Source: Patescibacteria group bacterium (GTDB lineage: Bacteria > Patescibacteriota > Patescibacteriia > Buchananbacterales > UBA6539). From it: 64,000 nt of DNA. The stretch is from contig JBAZSB010000002.1 in assembly GCA_041662625.1 (NCBI GenBank), positions 85,497 to 149,496 on the forward strand, read 5' to 3'. The notes under the pieces are model-generated. The model made no database searches, had not been told where the DNA came from, and saw nothing but the letters and a program-made list of their open reading frames with translations. Shown here piece after piece: positions 57,909 through 64,000 of this stretch. Every line of letters begins with the position of its first letter. Position 1 is the stretch's first letter. A program made the translations under genes and the position numbers.

Positions 57909-60467
57909 ATGCCAAAAAAAGTAAAAAAATCAAAGTTGCCAAAAGCCAAAAAGCAAGGGCCGGAAGAGAAAAAAAAGACCGGCAAGAAAGAAGCTGTCAC
58001 ACAAGAAACTTCGACCCCTTCAGACAAAAAAAATATCGGCAAATTAGTTCAAAGACCAATTGTTGCAGAAATGCAAGAATCATATTTGGATTATGCCATG
58101 TCAGTAATTATTGCCCGGGCCTTACCTGACGTCCGCGATGGTTTAAAACCAGTGCACCGCCGAATTTTATACGCGATGTGGAATATTGGCTTACGGCCGG
58201 GGGCAAAATTTAGAAAATCAGCCACCGTCGTCGGCGAAGTCTTAGGTAAATATCATCCTCATGGTGATGCGGCCGTCTATGAATCAATGGTGCGCATGGC
58301 CCAGGACTTTTCTTTGCGTTACCCTTTAATTAAAGGCCAAGGTAATTTTGGCTCAATGGACGGTGATGGTGCCGCAGCGATGCGCTATACGGAAGCCAAA
58401 TTAGCCAATATTACTGAGGAACTTTTGGCCGATATTGAAAAAGAAACGGTTAATTTTACGCCTAATTATGATGGTACCCAAAAAGAACCAACCGTCATGC
58501 CGGCCAGACTACCAAATTTACTGATTAACGGCACAATGGGAATTGCCGTTGGTATGGCCACCAATATTGCGCCTCATAATTTGACTGAGGTGGTGGACGG
58601 AACAATTCATTTAATCGATCACCCCAACGCGAATGTTGATGATTTATTTAATTTCATTAAAGGACCGGATTTCCCAACTGGCGGCATAATTTTTGATGTC
58701 AACGAAATTAAACAAACATTTGCCACCGGCAAAGGCGGAGTAGTAGTTCGAGCCAAAACTGAAATTATTGAAGGTAGTGGTGGCGCTTTCAAAATTATTG
58801 TCTCAGAAGTTCCTTATCAAGTTAATAAAGCCTCAATTTTAGAAAAAATTGCTGAATTAGTTAAAGATAAAAAAATCGACGGCATCAAAGATTTAAGAGA
58901 TGAATCATCAAAAGAAGGGGTGCGAGTAGTCATTGAATTAAAAAAAGATGCTTATCCAAAAAAAGTTTTAAATACTCTTTTTAAATTAACCGACCTTCAG
59001 ACGACATTTCATTCCAATATGCTGGCCCTAGTGGACGGCATTCAGCCCCGGGTTTTAACGTTGAAGATGATTTTGGAAGAATATATCAAGCATCGTCAGG
59101 AAGTGATTCGAAAACGAACAGAATATGATTTAGCCAAAGCCAAAGAGCGAGCCCATATTTTAGTTGGCTTAAAAATGGCTTTGGCCAAAATTGATGCGGT
59201 CATCAAAACCATTAAACAATCAAAAGATAAGGAAGTTGCCAAAGTTAACTTAATTAAAAAATTCAAACTTTCTGAACGGCAAGCCGTAGCAATTCTGGAA
59301 ATGAGACTACAACAGTTGGCTAATCTGGAACGGCTAAAAATTGAGCAGGAATTGAAAGAAAAACTGGCTCTAATTAAAGATTTAGAATCAATCCTGAAAT
59401 CACCAAAAAAGATTTCGGATATTATTAAAAAAGAATTGACTGATATTAAAGAAAAATATGGTAATGAACGGCGAACGCAAATTGTTGCCCATGGGGCTAA
59501 AAGCTTTTCCACTGAAGACTTAATCCCTAATGAAGACACAATTGTAACAATTACTAAAGATGGCTACATTAAACGCCTACCACCTGAGACTTTTAAAACC
59601 CAAGGCCGAGGCGGCAAAGGAGTGGTCGGCTTAACCACTAAGGAAGAAGATGCCGTCGAACAATTCTTTACTACCACGACCCACTCTGACATCCTATTTT
59701 TCACGACCAAGGGCCGAGTTTTTCAACTAAAAGCTTATGATATTCCCAAAGGTTCCCGTACCGCCAAGGGTCAGGCGATTGTTAATTTCTTGCAACTAGC
59801 CCCGGAAGAAAAAATTTCAGCCGCTTTACCTTTAAGTGAACTAGGTGATTATAAATTTTTGGTGATGGTAACTAATAGAGGTAATATTAAAAAAGTTAAC
59901 GTTACTGATTTTGATAATATTCGCCGTTCCGGTCTGATTGCTATTCGGCTAAAGAAAAATGATGAATTAGAATGGGTTAAACCTTCAGCCGGCAAGGATG
60001 AAGTAATTTTAGTCACGGCCCTGGGCCAAGCCATTAAATTCCGCGAGTCACAAGTCCGACCAATGGGTCGAGCCGCCGCCGGCGTCCGAGGCATTAGATT
60101 AAAAGGCAATGACCAGGTGATTGGGATGGACATTATTGACCCGACCCTAGCTAAAGTTGGCCATCTTTTAACGATTATGGCTCATGGCTATGGCAAACGC
60201 AGCAGCCTGACCAATTATAAAACCCAAGGCCGAGGCGGATCAGGCATTAAAACAGCCAAAATTACCCCCAAAACTGGCAATATTGTTGCTGCCACCGTTG
60301 TTAATGCCAAAGCGGTTGAAGAAGATATGATTATCATTTCCGCCAAAGGCCAAGTAATTCGACTCCCCCTAAAATCAGTCAATGTGTTGGGTCGAGCCAC
60401 CCAGGGGGTAAGATTAATGAAATTCAAAGAAGAGGATGATAAAGTCGCCTCCACCACCTTTGTTTAG
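57909..60467 (+). CDS. gyrA: DNA gyrase subunit A
   Basis: [13 protein letters not shown], GyrA-box QGRGGKG, C-terminal pinwheel repeats. Confidence 0.97.
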   Translation: MPKKVKKSKLPKAKKQGPEEKKKTGKKEAVTQETSTPSDKKNIGKLVQRPIVAEMQESYLDYAMSVIIARALPDVRDGLKPVHRRILYAMWNIGLRPGAKFRKSATVVGEVLGKYHPHGDAAVYESMVRMAQDFSLRYPLIKGQGNFGSMDGDGAAAMRYTEAKLANITEELLADIEKETVNFTPNYDGTQKEPTVMPARLPNLLINGTMGIAVGMATNIAPHNLTEVVDGTIHLIDHPNANVDDLFNFIKGPDFPTGGIIFDVNEIKQTFATGKGGVVVRAKTEIIEGSGGAFKIIVSEVPYQVNKASILEKIAELVKDKKIDGIKDLRDESSKEGVRVVIELKKDAYPKKVLNTLFKLTDLQTTFHSNMLALVDGIQPRVLTLKMILEEYIKHRQEVIRKRTEYDLAKAKERAHILVGLKMALAKIDAVIKTIKQSKDKEVAKVNLIKKFKLSERQAVAILEMRLQQLANLERLKIEQELKEKLALIKDLESILKSPKKISDIIKKELTDIKEKYGNERRTQIVAHGAKSFSTEDLIPNEDTIVTITKDGYIKRLPPETFKTQGRGGKGVVGLTTKEEDAVEQFFTTTTHSDILFFTTKGRVFQLKAYDIPKGSRTAKGQAIVNFLQLAPEEKISAALPLSELGDYKFLVMVTNRGNIKKVNVTDFDNIRRSGLIAIRLKKNDELEWVKPSAGKDEVILVTALGQAIKFRESQVRPMGRAAAGVRGIRLKGNDQVIGMDIIDPTLAKVGHLLTIMAHGYGKRSSLTNYKTQGRGGSGIKTAKITPKTGNIVAATVVNAKAVEEDMIIISAKGQVIRLPLKSVNVLGRATQGVRLMKFKEEDDKVASTTFV

Positions 60468-60569
60468 ACCTTGTCTCTTCATTGATTAAAACTTAAAATT
60501 AGCGTAAAATAATTCTAGTTACCAGCTACTGATCACTAACTACTAACAACTATTTACTAAATAACTACT

Positions 60570-60770
60570 ATGTCTGTACCTGCCAAAAGAAGAAGCAGAT
60601 CAAAAGGTAAAAGAGGACGAGCACACCAAGCTTTAGTCAGAAAAAAATTGACTAAATGTTCGAAATGCGGCAAACCAACCTTACCCCACCGGGTTTGTCT
60701 GTTTTGTGGCGCTTATCAAGGTCGCGAAATCATTAAACTAAAAACAAAAAAGAAGAAGGAAAAGAAATAA
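60570..60770 (+). CDS. rpmF: 50S ribosomal protein L32
   Basis: MSVPAKRRS, CSKC...PHRVCLFCG.Y.GR. Confidence 0.95.
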   Translation: MSVPAKRRSRSKGKRGRAHQALVRKKLTKCSKCGKPTLPHRVCLFCGAYQGREIIKLKTKKKKEKK

Positions 60771-60791
60771 CGCGATGCTAATTTACGGATA

Positions 60792-60846
60792 TCCCGATTC
60801 GTCGGGATCCCGACTTCTTTATTCAAAATAAATTAATGCGTCGGGA
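60792..60846. repeat. Two tandem TCCCGA...TCGGGA palindromes
   Basis: 60792-60807 and 60808-60846, nested in an atgctaat/attagcat inverted repeat; same termini as 30987-31019. Confidence 0.7.
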
Positions 60847-60880
60847 CATTCGAATAAATTCGCATCATTAGCATTATACT

Positions 60881-61345
60881 ATGTCTAACCGCCACTTAGC
60901 TCGCACGATTGCCTTGCAAACTCTTTATCAATGGGATTTTAATAATAGGAATAAAGAGAATTTAGAAACAGTAATCAGACGCAATCTAAAAGAGTTTGCT
61001 CCTCAATTCGATGACAAAGGTTTCATTGAGCACCTCGTTAAGGGTGTGATTAAAAATCAACCTGAAATTGACCAACTAATTACAACCTATGCTCCGGAAT
61101 GGCCAATTGAACAAATTACGATGGTTGATCGTAATGTCTTGCGAATTGGTATCCAAGAAATGAAGTATGATCCGGAAATCCCGGAAAAAGTGGCAATCAA
61201 TGAGGCAATTGAATTAGCTAAAACTTTTGGCGGCGAATCGTCCGGTAAATTCGTCAATGGAGTGCTGGGGACAATTTATAAAGAATTACTCAAGCAAAAG
61301 CCAGAAGGCAAAAAATTAGACGGGGTAAAACCAACTAACGATTAA
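60881..61345 (+). CDS. nusB: Transcription antitermination factor NusB
   Basis: [32 protein letters not shown]. Confidence 0.96.
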   Translation: MSNRHLARTIALQTLYQWDFNNRNKENLETVIRRNLKEFAPQFDDKGFIEHLVKGVIKNQPEIDQLITTYAPEWPIEQITMVDRNVLRIGIQEMKYDPEIPEKVAINEAIELAKTFGGESSGKFVNGVLGTIYKELLKQKPEGKKLDGVKPTND

Positions 61346-61417
61346 CTAGCTGGTAGCTTGTAGGAAGTAGCTTGGAGAAAGTTACTACCTCCCACAAGCT
61401 ACAAGCTAAAAGCTAAA

Positions 61418-62110
61418 ATGAAAGATTTCTCTCGTTTTGAAAAAAAACTTAAAATAGACTTCAAAAATCAGGATCTACTTAAACAGGCTTTTGTTCATCG
61501 CTCTTACATTAATGAAAATCCCAACTTTTCTCTTGGCCATAATGAACGACTGGAATTTTTAGGCGATGCTGTCCTGGAACTGGTGGTCACTGAATATCTC
61601 TATGAAAACTATCCTAATCCGGAAGGTGAATTAACTAACTGGCGGGCAAGCTTAGTCAATAGCCAAATGCTGGCCAAGCTGGCCAAAAAAATTGAAATGG
61701 AGGATTACCTTTATTTAAGCCGGGGTGAAACTAAAGACTCAAACAGTAAAGCCAGAAATTACATCTTGGCCAATGCCTTCGAAGCCTTGATTGGATCAAT
61801 TTACCTTGACCAGGGCTACAAAAAATCCAGCGAATTCATCAATAAAGTGCTAATTCCTGAACTCCCATATATTCTTTCACATCAGCTTTATCTTGATCCC
61901 AAAAGTAAATTTCAAGAAATGGCTCAAGAAAAAATAGGAATCACGCCAACTTATCGAGTCATTAAGGAAAGTGGCCCTGATCATGACAAAAAATTCCAAG
62001 TTGGTGTTTATCTGAACGAAGAATTAATTGCCCAAAGCAGCGGCTCAAGTAAGCAAGAAGCTCAGGTTAAAGCTGCTGCCAAAGCCTTGACTAAAAAAAA
62101 CTGGGAGTAG
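61418..62110 (+). CDS. rnc: Ribonuclease III
   Basis: HNERLEFLGDAVL; dsRBD with GPDH. Confidence 0.96.
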   Translation: MKDFSRFEKKLKIDFKNQDLLKQAFVHRSYINENPNFSLGHNERLEFLGDAVLELVVTEYLYENYPNPEGELTNWRASLVNSQMLAKLAKKIEMEDYLYLSRGETKDSNSKARNYILANAFEALIGSIYLDQGYKKSSEFINKVLIPELPYILSHQLYLDPKSKFQEMAQEKIGITPTYRVIKESGPDHDKKFQVGVYLNEELIAQSSGSSKQEAQVKAAAKALTKKNWE

Positions 62111-62202
62111 TCTCAGGCCTGGAGAAGTTAAAATAAAAATGAGTCGAGACAAGAAAACTTATCTTGACTTATCTGGGCTTAATTCTTATCTTGACTAAAA
62201 TT

Positions 62203-63243
62203 ATGAAGATTGACGATTTATTTAAAGCCGCCGTTGACAGCAAGGCTTCGGACCTCCATATTGTCGTTGGGATGCCACCAATCTTAAGAATTGATGGCAA
62301 TTTAGAAGAAATTAAAGGCCAGACAAGAATCACGGCTAAAGCCGCCGAAGAACTAATTTTTCCTATCTTAACCGAAAAACAAAAAGAGATTTTTCAAACT
62401 AAAAGGGAATTGGATTTATCTTATGAAATAAAAAGTGGCCATCGTTTTCGGGTTAACCTCCATTGGGAAAGAGATAATGTTGGTCTAGTCGCCCGGGTCA
62501 TTTCCTCTAAAATTCCGACTATGGAAGACTTGAGTATGCCCGAAGTTGCTTATAAACTCTTAGAGATGAAGCAGGGTTTAATTCTGATTACCGGACCAAC
62601 TGGCTGCGGCAAATCAACAACTTTAGCGGCAATGATTAATTATATTAATACTCATCGCTCCGTTAATATTATTACCCTTGAAGATCCGATTGAATTTTTG
62701 TTTAAACCTGACAAAAGTATTATTAAACAACGCCAACTCCATACTGACATGATTACCTTTAATGATGCTTTGGTCCACGTTTTGCGTCAGGATCCAAATG
62801 TAATTATGGTGGGTGAGATGCGCGACTTAGAAACAATTGCCGCCACTATCACGATTGCTGAAACCGGTCATTTGGTGCTGGCAACTCTTCATACTCATAA
62901 TGCCGCCCAGACTATTGATCGGATTATCGATATTTTTCCGCCCCATCAACAACAACAAATTAGGCTGCAAGTTTCACTGACGCTCAATGCCGTCTTATCC
63001 CAGCAGCTGATTCCCAAAAAGGATGGCGGTCGGATTGCCACCCGTGAAATTCTTCTGAATGTTCCGGCAATTTCCAATTTAATCCGGGAAAATAAAATCA
63101 CCCAGATTAAAACCGTAATCCAAACCAGTGGCGAAGAAGGGATGGTGACCATGGATCAAGATTTGATCAATATGTATAACAACAGTCTGATTGAAAAAGA
63201 AGTAGCCCAGTCCCATATGACTAGTCCGGATTTACTTGATTAA
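62203..63243 (+). CDS. pilT: Type IV pilus retraction ATPase PilT
   Basis: ASDLH, GPTGCGKSTTLAAMI, EDPIEF, AETGHLV, AISNLIRE. Confidence 0.92.
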   Translation: MKIDDLFKAAVDSKASDLHIVVGMPPILRIDGNLEEIKGQTRITAKAAEELIFPILTEKQKEIFQTKRELDLSYEIKSGHRFRVNLHWERDNVGLVARVISSKIPTMEDLSMPEVAYKLLEMKQGLILITGPTGCGKSTTLAAMINYINTHRSVNIITLEDPIEFLFKPDKSIIKQRQLHTDMITFNDALVHVLRQDPNVIMVGEMRDLETIAATITIAETGHLVLATLHTHNAAQTIDRIIDIFPPHQQQQIRLQVSLTLNAVLSQQLIPKKDGGRIATREILLNVPAISNLIRENKITQIKTVIQTSGEEGMVTMDQDLINMYNNSLIEKEVAQSHMTSPDLLD

Positions 63244-63275
63244 TTTAATCCAATTATATTAGCATTGGGGCATTG

Positions 63276-63392
63276 CCCCGCACCAATTCCAATTGCTGAT
63301 TTTGTCTTTAAATGACCCAAGTTGTTAGACGATTCCGCACGTAAACAACAAACTAAACTAGCGTTAACTACCCCGCGGAATTTAGTGCGGGG
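63276..63392 (-). mobile_element. 117-bp MITE-like / structured element, copy B
   Basis: TIR ccccgcaccaattcc / ggaatttagtgcgggg; same length and internal motifs as 45513-45629. Confidence 0.65.
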
Positions 63393-63442
63393 TTGATTTT
63401 TTTAAAATTTTATGATAGTCTATTGAAGTTAATTACACTTAC

Positions 63443-63518
63443 GCGCTCGTAGCTCAATGGATAGAGCACTTGGCTTCGGACCAAGGGGTTGTAGGTTCGA
63501 CTCCTACCGGGCGCGCCA
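63443..63518 (+). tRNA. tRNA-Arg(TCG)
   Basis: GCGCTCG/CGGGCGC acceptor; CTTGG-CTTCGGA-CCAAG anticodon arm; CCA encoded. Confidence 0.95.
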
Positions 63519-63535
63519 ATTTTAACCATCAGTAC

Positions 63536-63608
63536 GGGCGCATAGCTCAGCTGGTAGAGCTGCTCCCTCTTAAGGAGAAGGTCGCAGGTTCGAATCCTGC
63601 TGCGCCCA
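63536..63608 (+). tRNA. tRNA-Lys(CTT), CCA not encoded
   Basis: GGGCGCA/TGCGCCC acceptor; anticodon loop CTCTTAA; T arm GCAGG-TTCGAAT-CCTGC. Confidence 0.92.
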
Positions 63609-63665
63609 CTTTAAAGTCACCTCGTAATTGGGGTGGTTTTTTGATATAATACTTAGGTACTATTT

Positions 63666-64000
63666 ATGAAAAAAATATTTGCTGTCACAATTTTAATTTT
63701 ATTTATTTGGCCCCATTTGGTCCAAGCTACGGAAACTGATTTAGCTCAACAACTTAGTGGCCGGATTCTGCTCCAAGTTGAAAGCTACGGCCGGGCCTGG
63801 TATGTTGATCCAATTGGTAAAGAAAGGTATTACTTGCAAGATGGCAATATGGCTTATGAAATCATGAGAAATATGAGCCTAGGTATTACTAATGCTGATT
63901 TGGCAAAAATTCCAACTGCCAGGGGACAGAAGGCCAATAGTAAACTAGTTAACCGCCTTTTGGGCCGAATACTGCTCCAGGTCGAAAAAAATGGTGAGGC
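63666..64000 (+). CDS. Secreted protein with GRILLQVE repeats, truncated by the window end
   Basis: Manual translation: MKKIFAVTILIL...LSGRILLQVESYGRAWYV...LLGRILLQVEKNGE. Confidence 0.8.
   Translation, partial: MKKIFAVTILILFIWPHLVQATETDLAQQLSGRILLQVESYGRAWYVDPIGKERYYLQDGNMAYEIMRNMSLGITNADLAKIPTARGQKANSKLVNRLLGRILLQVEKNGE

Noticed and set aside
5143-63152. Numerous antisense and out-of-frame ORFs overlapping confident genes
   Set aside because: Shadow ORFs with no independent signals.
1-64000. CRISPR array or cas genes
   Set aside because: No regularly spaced 23-47 bp repeats with unique spacers; the repeats seen are heptamers, palindromes or pairs.

Overview
Bacterial chromosomal window that looks like Patescibacteria/CPR (Parcubacteria/ABY1-type). 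This is an inference from the gene set: archaeal-type PEP carboxylase, TrmB paralogs, pilB/pilT, GRILLQVE and VLGA surface proteins, and housekeeping genes mostly without Shine-Dalgarno (SD) sequences. The backbone carries trxA/B, rnhB, nusA, tig, rlmN, tsaD/E, ftsH, rpsA, gyrA, rpmF, nusB, rnc and four tRNAs (Ala-GGC, Glu-TTC, Arg-TCG, Lys-CTT). It is interrupted by GC-richer orphan units with their own promoters, boxA-like motifs and strong SD sequences. Main signal: two stand-alone 84-aa GIY-YIG nuclease genes each lie between a truncated 5' copy of a tRNA and the intact tRNA. One is a 293-bp element with perfect 19-bp terminal inverted repeats (TIRs) and a 7-bp target duplication, and its right end rebuilds the tRNA 5' end. 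Two 117-bp non-coding elements with related CCCC(G/T)C termini occur elsewhere, and duplicated gene starts also mark tsaD and rlmN. Other observations: two promoter-driven structured ncRNA candidates, parS sites around an orphan ParB-like gene, several REP-like palindrome families, and heptamer repeats expanded in-frame inside conserved proteins. All calls are by eye; no database searches were run.
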